Shown here: positions 40,625 through 49,737 of the stretch, piece by piece | How positions within the stretch are numbered: the first letter of the stretch is position 1 | Layout of the letters: every line of letters starts with the position of its first letter | From: Planctomycetota bacterium | GTDB lineage: Bacteria > Planctomycetota > B15-G4 > JADJEK01 | NCBI GenBank assembly: GCA_044225365.1 | Contig: JBGAIQ010000005.1 | Location: 174,713 to 238,712, forward strand | Reading direction: 5' to 3' | DNA: 64,000 nucleotides | Program-made: the position numbers and the translations under genes | Notes under the pieces: model-generated | What the model was told of the DNA's origin: nothing | Database searches by the model: none | The model's input: the letters and a program-made list of their open reading frames with translations, nothing else

Positions 40625-42052
40625 ATGCTGCTCCCCATGCCTTCGATGGAGATCCGACGAGGAGACGAAAAGACGCCGCCGTGCGAACGATTCACGATCG
40701 TCGACATGGGCTGCAAGGTGAACCGCTACGACGGCGAGGTCGTGCGGGCCGAGCTGCGTCGGATCGGCCTCGAGGAGAGCACGGACTTTGGTATCGCGGA
40801 CCTCCTCGTGCTCAACGCCTGCGCCGTCACCGATCGCGCCGTGCGCCGCGGTCGACAGGCGCTGCGCGCGATGCGCCGACGCAACCCCGGCGCGCGACTG
40901 CTCGTCACCGGTTGCTTCACGTCCCACGATCGCGACCAGTACGCCGCTCTCTCCACGATCGGGAGGGACGAGGCGGAGCACGGCATGCTCTTCGCGCCGG
41001 TGAAGGACGGCTCCAAGCTCCGCGATCTCCTCGCCACGTGGTGGCCGAACACCGCGACGGCAGCGAACCCGAGTCGCGATCCCTTCGCGCTCGCGTTCGA
41101 AGACCGCACTCGCGCTTACCTCAAGGTGCAGGATGGCTGCGACGCGAAGTGCGCGTTCTGCATCATTCCGAGCATCCGCGGCGCCGTGCGCAGCAAGCCA
41201 CTCCTCGAGGTCGTCGCGGAGGCTCGCGCCGCGCTCGCGCGGGGCTTCGTCGAGATCGTCGTCTGCGGCATCCACCTCGGACACTACGGTCGCGATGTCG
41301 ACCTCGACTTGACGCACCTGCTCGACGCACTCGAAGGAATCGGAGTCGAGGGCGATCGCGACGGCGCGCCCCGCTTTCGCTTCCGCCTGGGCTCGCTCGA
41401 AGCGACCGAGGTGAACGTGGACCTCGCGCGGCGGCTCGGCCTGTCGCGCGTCCTCGCCCCCCATCTCCACGTGCCGCTGCAGAGCGGCGACGACGCGATC
41501 CTCGGCGCGATGCGAAGGCCCTATACCGTCGCGAGCTTCGAGCGGCGCATCGCAGAGATCCGCAACGTCGTGCCCGACATCGCAATGTCGAGCGACGTCA
41601 TCGTCGGTTTCCCGGGCGAGACCGACGCGGCCTTCGAGCACACGCTCGAAGCGGTCGAGCGGATGCGCTTCATGAAGACGCACGTCTTCCCGTTCTCTCC
41701 GCGCGCGGGAACGCCGGCTGCTCTCTTGCCGCAGCGCATCCCGGCCGACGTCGTTCGTAGTCGCGTGAGGAAACTGCTCGCGCTCGACTCGCGATTGCGC
41801 GAGGAGTTCGATCGTTCGCGCCGCGGCGCGGCCGCCCGTGTCGTGGTGCATGAGATCGTCGAGACCGCGAAGGGCCCGTACTCGCGTGGGCTGTGCGAGC
41901 GCTTCCGAACCGTCTTCGTTCCGGGTCGGCACGCGATCGCCGAGTTCGTCGACTGTACGATCCTGGGCCGATGTCCCGACGACTCCGTCGTCGGCACGCG
42001 AGAAGACCTGCTCGGCGAGACGGCGAACGGGAGCACGCATGTCGAATCCTGA
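40625..42052 (+). CDS. mtaB: tRNA t6A37 methylthiotransferase MtaB (MiaB-like radical SAM)
   Basis: GCKVNRYD, LNACAVT, VTGC, KVQDGCDAKCAFCII, HVPLQSG, DVIVGFPGET, HVFPFSPRAGT. Confidence 0.88.
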   Translation: MLLPMPSMEIRRGDEKTPPCERFTIVDMGCKVNRYDGEVVRAELRRIGLEESTDFGIADLLVLNACAVTDRAVRRGRQALRAMRRRNPGARLLVTGCFTSHDRDQYAALSTIGRDEAEHGMLFAPVKDGSKLRDLLATWWPNTATAANPSRDPFALAFEDRTRAYLKVQDGCDAKCAFCIIPSIRGAVRSKPLLEVVAEARAALARGFVEIVVCGIHLGHYGRDVDLDLTHLLDALEGIGVEGDRDGAPRFRFRLGSLEATEVNVDLARRLGLSRVLAPHLHVPLQSGDDAILGAMRRPYTVASFERRIAEIRNVVPDIAMSSDVIVGFPGETDAAFEHTLEAVERMRFMKTHVFPFSPRAGTPAALLPQRIPADVVRSRVRKLLALDSRLREEFDRSRRGAAARVVVHEIVETAKGPYSRGLCERFRTVFVPGRHAIAEFVDCTILGRCPDDSVVGTREDLLGETANGSTHVES

Positions 42053-42980
42053 AGAACGCGATCGCTTCGCACGGGCAAGAGCCGGACTCGAGCTGTGGCT
42101 CGAATCCGAGGCCGTGTTCGAAAGCGATGGCCTGCTCGGAATGAACTCCGAAACGAACTCCGCTTCCGCCGCGCGCCCGACGTCGAACGCACCGACGCGA
42201 AACGGTGTGCATCCCGTCCCTGCCGTCCAACAGCCACCGCGTGGCGCGGCCCCCGCGACGACCGGCGAGCCGCGCAAGGTCGCGAACGGCAGGCCTCCCG
42301 CCGGCACTCCACCGGGTGGTCCGGTGCTCGTGCCCCCGCTCTCCGCCCAGCTCGGTTCGCCGGCAAAGGTCGAAGCCCTCGCGGCACTGGCCGCGGAAGT
42401 CTACGCCTGCGGACTGTGTCGACTCGGCCAGACCCGCATCTATGGAGTGCCGGGCGAGGGCAACGCCGACGCCGACCTCGTGTTCATCGGCGAGGGTCCG
42501 GGCGCCGACGAGGATCGCAGCGGTCGTCCGTTCGTCGGTCCGGCCGGCGATCTGCTGACCAAGATCGTCAAGGCGATGGGCTTCTCCCGCGAGTCGATCT
42601 TCATCTGCAACATCGTGAAGTGCCGGCCGCCCGGGAATCGCGTTCCCGGAGCCGATGAGGTGGCGGCCTGCGCGCCGTATCTACGGCGCCAGATCGAGAT
42701 CATCGGGCCGAAAGTGATCTGCACGCTCGGCGCTCCCGCGACCCGCGCGTTGCTCGGCGTGACGAACGGCATCACCGCGCTGCGCGGCAAGAAGATGCTG
42801 TTCGGCGCGATCCCCGTGATCCCCACCTTCCATCCCGCCTACCTCCTGCGCGCACCGGAGGACAAGCCGCTCGTGTGGCAGGACGCTCAAGCGATCGTGC
42901 AGCTCGTCGTGGAGCGCGGCGGGAAGATCCCGTTCCCGGAAGTGTTCGAGCGCGCGCGAAAGGGACGGAGCGAGAGTTGA
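42039..42980 (+). CDS. family-4 uracil-DNA glycosylase (4Fe-4S)
   Basis: CGLCRL, IGEGPG, GRPFVG, NIVKCRPPGNR, TFHPAYLLR. Confidence 0.92.
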   Translation: MSNPEERDRFARARAGLELWLESEAVFESDGLLGMNSETNSASAARPTSNAPTRNGVHPVPAVQQPPRGAAPATTGEPRKVANGRPPAGTPPGGPVLVPPLSAQLGSPAKVEALAALAAEVYACGLCRLGQTRIYGVPGEGNADADLVFIGEGPGADEDRSGRPFVGPAGDLLTKIVKAMGFSRESIFICNIVKCRPPGNRVPGADEVAACAPYLRRQIEIIGPKVICTLGAPATRALLGVTNGITALRGKKMLFGAIPVIPTFHPAYLLRAPEDKPLVWQDAQAIVQLVVERGGKIPFPEVFERARKGRSES

Positions 42981-43063
42981 GTCGGCAGGTGGATCGCCAA
43001 ACGCTCGAGCGGTCGTTACGCTGCCGGCGTTGCCAAGTGAAAGTTCACGATCTCGCAATGATC

Positions 43064-43161
43064 TGGGAGCGCCGGGCTCCAGCCCGGCTCTTCTCTTGTG
43101 ATACGACACGCGGCTCCAGCACAGCGTCCATCCGGAGCCGGGCTGGAGCCCGACGCTCCCA
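43064..43161. repeat. inverted REP doublet (REPIN-like)
   Basis: TGGGAGCGCCGGGCTCCAGCCCGGCTC (43064-43090) and its near-perfect reverse complement (43135-43161) around a 44-nt spacer. Confidence 0.8.
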
Positions 43162-43215
43162 CGAATATCACAGGATCGCGGGCTCTTATTCTTGTCTTGA
43201 ACGGTAGGTGAACTC

Positions 43216-44769
43216 GTGTTCGCGCGGACGGCAGTCGGAATCGAACTCGGAGACGGCGCGCTGAAGGCCGTGACGGTCGAACGTCGCGGCCATCGAACGT
43301 TCGTCACGTCCGCCGAGTACCGCAAGTACGCGCGGCCGGAGGACGGCGCGGCGCGACCCGACGCCGGCCTCGATCCTCGCGCCTTCGCCGCTCTCACTCA
43401 GTTCCTCGCGGAACAACGCCCCTCGCCGCTCGCTCGCGTCTACATCGGCATGCCGTCGATCGCCGCGTTCAACAAGCTCGTGCGGGTCCCGAATCTCGCG
43501 CCCGAGCAACTCCGCGCGATCGCCGACTACGAGCTGCACCGATCGGTCCGCGGCTCGCTCGAGGACTACGTGGTGCAGACGCGCGTCGTCCCGTCCTCGA
43601 AGGAGACGCTGGGTGGCGACGTGCCCTGCATGCTATTCGCGATTCGCCGCAAGCTGCGCGATGCGTTCGTCTCCGATCTCTCGCGCGCCGGACTCGAGTT
43701 CGACATGCTGGTCCCCTCGCCCGTCGCGGTCGCGCAGTTCGCGCGCTACGACCGACCCGCGAAGGGCGATCGCATCCTCGTGTCGATCGGGTTGCGCTCC
43801 ACCGAGGTGATCTACGAGCGCGGCGATGCCTATTGCTTCCGCACGTTGCCCCTGGGATGCGTCGCACTGACGACGATGGCGGACGACACACCCGAGGAGC
43901 AGAGCCTGCGGCGGAAGGCCGCGCGCCGGCTCGTGAAGAAACTGACCTACGAGATCGGCGCCGGCTCCGCCTTCTTCTTCGCGGATGGCGAGCGCTGGGA
44001 TCCGCAATCGGTGTCGCTGTTCGGCGAGGGCGCGATCGAGCCCGAGATCGCGAAGCAGTTCGAACGCGCGTATCAGGGCAAGGTCGAAGCGATCGGTAAA
44101 CTGCATCGCATCGCGGTGGGCGGTGGCGTGAAGCCGGACGCGCGCCGTCACCTGGGTCAGATGGCATCCGCTCTCGGCCTCGCGCTGCAGGCGGCGCGCG
44201 CGGACATCGCGGAGATCGAGCTCGTCCCGCCGCACCTCGGCCGCTCCGCACTGCGACGACTGCCCGCACTCGCGATCGTGAGCGTGATCCTCGCGGCGCT
44301 CTGCTTCGGTCTGACCTGGCGCGACCTCGCAGCCGCGCGCGACGTCGAGAGCCTGACGGCGCCGGACTACACGGCGCAATGGAACGAGCGGCGAACGCTC
44401 GCGGCGAAGACGTTCACCGCGTTCGATTCGATCGCGCGCGCCGACGACTCGCTCGCAATGCTCCTCGAAGGGCGCGCCCGCCGCGCCGAGGCTCTCGCGC
44501 GCATCGTGCCACAGTTCGGACCGAACAACGCAACCTACGGACCCGTCGACGTGCGCCTGCGCCAACTGACGATCGATCGGACTCCGGCCGGCACCGCGGT
44601 GCACGGCGTCGCGAAGCTCCAGCAAGGCGATCTCGGACGCAGCCTGCAGGTCCTCGGCCAACGCCTCCACAGCGCCGACGGACTCGCGACCCCTGCGGTG
44701 CGGTCCCAGCCCGCTGCGGATGCGAGCCTCCCCGAAGTCGTCTTCGACATCGCGATCGGAGTGCACTAG
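43216..44769 (+). CDS. PilM-like actin-fold protein fused to a PilN-like TM/periplasmic part
   Basis: AVGIELGDGALKAV, SIGLRSTEV, LFGEGA, ALGLALQ (PilM-type motifs), then a TM helix, coiled coil and a small beta domain. Confidence 0.75.
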   Translation: MFARTAVGIELGDGALKAVTVERRGHRTFVTSAEYRKYARPEDGAARPDAGLDPRAFAALTQFLAEQRPSPLARVYIGMPSIAAFNKLVRVPNLAPEQLRAIADYELHRSVRGSLEDYVVQTRVVPSSKETLGGDVPCMLFAIRRKLRDAFVSDLSRAGLEFDMLVPSPVAVAQFARYDRPAKGDRILVSIGLRSTEVIYERGDAYCFRTLPLGCVALTTMADDTPEEQSLRRKAARRLVKKLTYEIGAGSAFFFADGERWDPQSVSLFGEGAIEPEIAKQFERAYQGKVEAIGKLHRIAVGGGVKPDARRHLGQMASALGLALQAARADIAEIELVPPHLGRSALRRLPALAIVSVILAALCFGLTWRDLAAARDVESLTAPDYTAQWNERRTLAAKTFTAFDSIARADDSLAMLLEGRARRAEALARIVPQFGPNNATYGPVDVRLRQLTIDRTPAGTAVHGVAKLQQGDLGRSLQVLGQRLHSADGLATPAVRSQPAADASLPEVVFDIAIGVH

Positions 44770-44772
44770 TCG

Positions 44773-45531
44773 ATGCGCCGCGTCGTGCTCTTCCTGTCGT
44801 TCGCTCTCGTCCTCGCCGGGCCCCTCGTCTACTTCACCGTCGGTGAACGTGCGCGGAGCCAGCGCCGCGCCGCCCTGCAGAACCTCGCCGCGCAGCAGGA
44901 GAAGGTCGCTGCCGCGCTCGCGGCCGCGAGCGGAGGGCGCCCACCGAGTCGCCAGGGAATCGCCGCGATCGAGGATGCGATCGCACAGCGGCGCGGCACG
45001 TTGTCCAAGCTCACGTCGTCGCTGCTCGCCTTCCGCTCGACGCCGAGCCCTGTCGAAGCCGAACTGCGAACGATTGCACGCGCGGCCGGACTCGATGCTT
45101 CTCTGCTCGAAGCCGTACTGGCGTCGATGCCCGATGGCGCGCTCGGCGAGCAGCGTCGTCACGTCCTCGGCCTCGTGTTCGGTGCGCTGAAGCGATCGCC
45201 CGGCACGACCCTGCGCGCGATCAAGGTCGCGCGGGAACTGTCCACGCCGCGGACCTCCGAATCGGCTGCCGCGCTCGGCGGCGACGATCTCGACATGCCG
45301 TTGCGCTCGCTGCGCATCGACCTCGAAGCGCGGGGCGACGCGACCGCGCTCGTCCAATTCGTCGATCATCTGCTCGCGACGGGACCGGGCGTTCCCCTCA
45401 CCGATCTCGCCCATCTCGACCTCGCCCCCGATCTCACGCGGAAGCCCGCGAGCGACGCGAACGCAGCGGGAGATCTGCCGCCGCTCGTACTCCACCTCGT
45501 CGTCGACGCGTTCGTCGCGGAGGCGAAATGA
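44773..45531 (+). CDS. PilO/GspM-like protein
   Basis: N-terminal TM, coiled coil, LRIDLEARGDATALVQFVDHL (PilO-like); directly after the PilM-like gene. Confidence 0.6.
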   Translation: MRRVVLFLSFALVLAGPLVYFTVGERARSQRRAALQNLAAQQEKVAAALAAASGGRPPSRQGIAAIEDAIAQRRGTLSKLTSSLLAFRSTPSPVEAELRTIARAAGLDASLLEAVLASMPDGALGEQRRHVLGLVFGALKRSPGTTLRAIKVARELSTPRTSESAAALGGDDLDMPLRSLRIDLEARGDATALVQFVDHLLATGPGVPLTDLAHLDLAPDLTRKPASDANAAGDLPPLVLHLVVDAFVAEAK

Positions 45532-46598
45532 ATCCCCATCCACAGGGACTGCGTAGCGTCACCGAACGCGATCGCATCCTCACGCTCTTCGCGGCCGGGA
45601 CGATCCTCGTCTTCCTCGCGTTCGACCTGATCGCCTACCGTGGCACGAGCCGTGGATTGCTCGAGAATCGAGCGCACGTCCTGGCAAAGGAGGCGAACGA
45701 CTCGAACGAGCAGGCGACGAACGAGCGCCTCGCGATCGAGGATCCCCTCGTGCGGCCGATCGCGATCACGACCACCGAGCACGACCCGGCTGCGCTTGGC
45801 ATCGATCCCACGGCGTTCTTCACCGATGACGAGCTCGTCGCCTGGCGCGTCGAGGGTGCGCGCGATACGAAGAAGCACCGCGTCGAGCCGCCGCTCAACG
45901 TGCGCGCCGAGCGGCGCGGGAGCGACGTCCTGGTGCGCTGGGATCCGAACCCGGTGAACAATCCGGTCGGTCAAGGTGGGACGTCGTCGTTACTGACTGT
46001 CGGTTATCAGGTATATCGCTGGCACGATCGCGAGGACCCCGCGCTCGTCGAGAACGCCAAGATCGATGTCACGAGCTACCTGGACCGGGGAGTCGGCCCC
46101 CGGGGTGGCGCCCTGCATTACTCGGTGAAGACGGTGCTGAAAGACCAGATCGGAAACGTCGAGACGCTGATCGAGAGCAGCGACCCGCAAAGCGTGCGGA
46201 TCGAGCTGGACGAGTTGTTCGAACTCGCGATCGTCTCCGCGACCGATACTCGAGCGGTCATCGCCGTGACCGTCCCGGTCGATTCAGATCAAAGATCCCA
46301 CCAATTTGAAGTGGACAAGGGCGCGCAGGTTGGTTCGATTCTCCGGCTCGACGAAACCGAGGTCGACTTCCGTACGGGTCTCACGCTGGAGTCGACCACG
46401 ATCGTCGAGACGGTGAGCCGTCGTCCGCGTCGTGTTCCGGTGTTCAACGCCGATGGATCACGCGCGAGCGGCGAGAGCGGATACCTCTATCGCGATGAAG
46501 TGAGAGAGGTTCCGATCCATCGCATCACGTGCCGACTCGTCGACGAGTCGGGAACGACGCGAGAGCTCACCCGAGAAGAGGATGTCGTCGCACGTTGA
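45528..46598 (+). CDS. membrane-anchored FN3-domain protein (in the PilP/GspC position)
   Basis: TM anchor; PPLNV...LVRWD...GYQVYR...SYLD...YSV fibronectin-III pattern; ATGA overlap with the upstream gene. Confidence 0.6.
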   Translation: MNPHPQGLRSVTERDRILTLFAAGTILVFLAFDLIAYRGTSRGLLENRAHVLAKEANDSNEQATNERLAIEDPLVRPIAITTTEHDPAALGIDPTAFFTDDELVAWRVEGARDTKKHRVEPPLNVRAERRGSDVLVRWDPNPVNNPVGQGGTSSLLTVGYQVYRWHDREDPALVENAKIDVTSYLDRGVGPRGGALHYSVKTVLKDQIGNVETLIESSDPQSVRIELDELFELAIVSATDTRAVIAVTVPVDSDQRSHQFEVDKGAQVGSILRLDETEVDFRTGLTLESTTIVETVSRRPRRVPVFNADGSRASGESGYLYRDEVREVPIHRITCRLVDESGTTRELTREEDVVAR

Positions 46599-46894
46599 GT
46601 GCGCGATGTCTGCAGAGGTTCGTCCGGTCCGCGAGATTCGTTTGGTTTCCAACGTTGGTTTCGATTCATGACCTGCTCGAGGATGGCCGCACGGTACGGA
46701 ATGGTGTCCGCCGCGGCTGTGCTTCGATCGCAAGAGCGAGCGCACGACCGAGAGCAGGTGATAGCGACGTCGCCCGAGTCATTCACGCCGCGCTGCAATC
46801 GGCCCGCCGGTCCATCGCCGACCGAACGGACGACCATCGCGAGTAGCCAGAAAGTCCAGACAGCCCAGTAAGCCAAGAAGGCCTGGAGAGAAGC

Positions 46895-49564
46895 ATGACC
46901 CGTCCGAGGAACTTGACCCTGCTCAACGCCGCGTTCGTCCTCGCTGCATCCGGTTGCAGCCTGTCGCGCTCCCCGAGCGCAGAGACGAGCGCCCCGGCTT
47001 CGCCGGAGGCCGATGCGTCGGTCGCCGCGGCTGTGGCCGATCCCGCGCAGGACGCCGGGTCGACGCCGCCCCAGGCGGATCCGTCCAACGCCGCGGGCGG
47101 CGAACGGATCGACCAGCTCCTCGAGAACGCAAAGGCCGCCGAGGCCGCGGGCGAGCTCGCCAAGGCGAACGAGATCTACGCTCGCGTCCTCCAGCTCGAC
47201 GCGAACAATCCGCAGGCCAAGGAAGGCCAGACGCGCGTCCAGCAGACGGGTGGCATCGCGCCCGCTCCCCGCACCGCGGCTCCTCCCGAGGGCAGTGGAG
47301 TCAAGCCGGTCAGCGACGACGCCTCGGAACTCGAACAGGCTCGCCGCGACCAGGCGCGCGTCCAGGCCGAGAGCACGCTGAAGCAGGGCGAAGTCGCGCT
47401 CACCGCCGGCGACTACGACAAGGCGATCCACAACTTCGAGGACGCGCTCCTCATGGTGCAGTACCGACCGTATCTGGTCGGCGGCGACATCACCGAGAAC
47501 GCGATCCAGGCGCGCATCGAATCCGCGAAGGCCGCAAAGGCCGAGCGCGAGCGCCAGTCCGAGATCGAGCGTCAGGCGCGCATCACTCGTGAGAACGAGC
47601 AGCGCGAGGCCGACGAGCGCGCACGGATGGAGAACAAGATCCGCGTCCTGTTCGAAGCCGCGAATGCCGCGTACGTCGACGACAAGTTCGCGCAGGCCGA
47701 AGGCTACCTCGCCGAGATCCTGCGCCTCGATCCGACGAACGCGTCGGCGCAGAACATGAAGGACCTCGCGAAGGACGCCCAGATGCAGGCGACCGATCGC
47801 AACACGCGCGACGGCTACAAGCGCGAGTGGCGCAAGACGTTCGACGACATGAGCGAGAACCTGCGCCCGCAGGTCGACCTCGTCGTCCATCCGGACGCGA
47901 AGGAATGGCGCAAGTACGCTTCCCGCGGTCCGCTCCAGTTCACGGTCCAGGACGAATTGATGTCGCCGGCCGACCGCGCGATCCTCGACAAGCTGAAGGG
48001 CGGGACGATCGGTCTCAACTTCAGTGGCGCGACGCTGTCGCAGGCGATCGACTGGTTCCACGCCAACACCGGCGTCAACTTCATCATCTCGACGGGCATC
48101 AAGGCCGCGGGTGACGAGCCGACCTTCACGGTGAACGCCGGCACATTGCCGACGCTCGACGCGCTCGACCTCCTCCTCGGTCTCTCCACCACTCCGATCG
48201 TTCGCCGCATCCAGAACGGCGTCGTGACGATCATGACCAAGGACGAGGCGAAGGGCGGCCAGATCCTCGAGATCTACGACGTCCGCGATCTCACGAAGGT
48301 CATCAATCAGTTCCCGGGCAAGGACTTCAACCTCACGCCGTCCGGCTTCAACGTCGAGAACGCCGCCGAGGCGGGTGCCGAGCCGCAGCCGCTCGCGTTC
48401 GACACCGAGAAGCTCCAGGAGCTCATCAAGACCAACATCGCGAAGGAATCGTGGGACGCCGATCCGGCGAACACGATCCAGGCGGTGGCCGGTGCGCTCG
48501 TCGTCCACCAGACGGCCGAGGTGCATGACCAGATCCGCACCCTGCTGAACGATCTCCGTCAGAGTGCCGGAACGCTGATCAACATCGAGACCCGCTTCGT
48601 CACGGTGAACGACCAGTTCCTCGAAGACATCGGCGTCGACTTCCGCGGCCTCGGCCCGGCGGACGAGGCGAATCCGAACGCGACGTTCCCCTCGGGCCTC
48701 GTGCTCGACGACTTCGGTTCGATCCCGAACGGCGTCGGCACGGTCAACAACCCGATCGGCATCGGCACCAAGAACGACCTCGGCGTGTTCTACGACAACG
48801 GCGATGGCGACGGCGACGTCCGTGCCCGCGTCGAGAACCTCTACGACACGACGATCGGGTCGAAGGTGTTCGGCGAAGGTAAGTTCGACGACAAGGGCGG
48901 CCTCTCGCTCCAGTCGACCCTGTTCGACATGAAGGGCGGCTTCCTCAGTGACACGCTCGCCGAAGCGGTCCTCCGCGCGGTCAGCAAGTACGGCACGCGC
49001 AACATCGTCGACGCCCCGTCGCTGACCGTCTACAACGGCCAGCAGGCGAGCATCAACGTCACGAACTTCGTCTCCTACGTGAAGGACTTCGACGTCGAGA
49101 TCGCGACCGCTGCGGCGATCGCCGACCCGATCATCCAGGTCATCGCGGAAGGCGTCGTCCTCGACGTCAAGCCGGTCGTCTCCTCCGACCGCCGGTTCAT
49201 CACGATGCAGTTGAAGCCCACGGTCACGACGCTGCGCCGTCCGATCGCGACGTTCACGACGTCCCTCGGTATCGGTACCAGCGTGACGATCGAGATCCCG
49301 GAACTCACGATCCAGCGCGCGCGCACCACGGTCACCATGCCGGACGGCGCGACGCTCATGCTCGGTGGTTGGAAGCTCGTCGAAGACCAGGACATGGACT
49401 CCGGCATCCCGTACCTCAACAAGGTGCCGATCCTGAACTTCCTCTTCTCGCGCAAGGGCAAGTACACGAACAAGCAGAAGCTCGTGATCCTCGTCCGCGG
49501 CAAGATCGTCATCCCCGAGGAGTTCGAACCCGTGTTGTCGACGCCGGTCGCCAACGGCGGCTGA
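46895..49564 (+). CDS. lipoprotein secretin 1 (GspD/PilQ family) with TPR/coiled-coil N-terminus
   Basis: Lipobox LAASG-C; IYDVRDL, LVVHQTAEVHDQIRTLLNDLR, INIETRFV, EGVVLDVKPVVS, TTVTMPDGATLMLGG, IPYLNKVPILNFLF. Confidence 0.9.
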   Translation: MTRPRNLTLLNAAFVLAASGCSLSRSPSAETSAPASPEADASVAAAVADPAQDAGSTPPQADPSNAAGGERIDQLLENAKAAEAAGELAKANEIYARVLQLDANNPQAKEGQTRVQQTGGIAPAPRTAAPPEGSGVKPVSDDASELEQARRDQARVQAESTLKQGEVALTAGDYDKAIHNFEDALLMVQYRPYLVGGDITENAIQARIESAKAAKAERERQSEIERQARITRENEQREADERARMENKIRVLFEAANAAYVDDKFAQAEGYLAEILRLDPTNASAQNMKDLAKDAQMQATDRNTRDGYKREWRKTFDDMSENLRPQVDLVVHPDAKEWRKYASRGPLQFTVQDELMSPADRAILDKLKGGTIGLNFSGATLSQAIDWFHANTGVNFIISTGIKAAGDEPTFTVNAGTLPTLDALDLLLGLSTTPIVRRIQNGVVTIMTKDEAKGGQILEIYDVRDLTKVINQFPGKDFNLTPSGFNVENAAEAGAEPQPLAFDTEKLQELIKTNIAKESWDADPANTIQAVAGALVVHQTAEVHDQIRTLLNDLRQSAGTLINIETRFVTVNDQFLEDIGVDFRGLGPADEANPNATFPSGLVLDDFGSIPNGVGTVNNPIGIGTKNDLGVFYDNGDGDGDVRARVENLYDTTIGSKVFGEGKFDDKGGLSLQSTLFDMKGGFLSDTLAEAVLRAVSKYGTRNIVDAPSLTVYNGQQASINVTNFVSYVKDFDVEIATAAAIADPIIQVIAEGVVLDVKPVVSSDRRFITMQLKPTVTTLRRPIATFTTSLGIGTSVTIEIPELTIQRARTTVTMPDGATLMLGGWKLVEDQDMDSGIPYLNKVPILNFLFSRKGKYTNKQKLVILVRGKIVIPEEFEPVLSTPVANGG

Positions 49565-49599
49565 GAACCCTCCTCACGGCCCTCCTAACGGGGGGATCA

Positions 49600-49642
49600 C
49601 GAACGGGCCGGGATCGCGACGCGATCCCGGCCCGTTCGCTTT
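49600..49642 (+). terminator. strong hairpin after secretin 1 (terminator or mRNA stabiliser)
   Basis: Perfect 18-bp stem CGAACGGGCCGGGATCGC-GAC-GCGATCCCGGCCCGTTCG followed by a short CTTT. Confidence 0.65.
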
Positions 49643-49737
49643 CCTCCACCGGCGGCCATGCCGTTCCGAAGGCTCATGACCTCGGCAAAGCGTTACGCGG
49701 CGACGCGCCGCAAGCTACTCTTGGACGGTCGCCCCGC

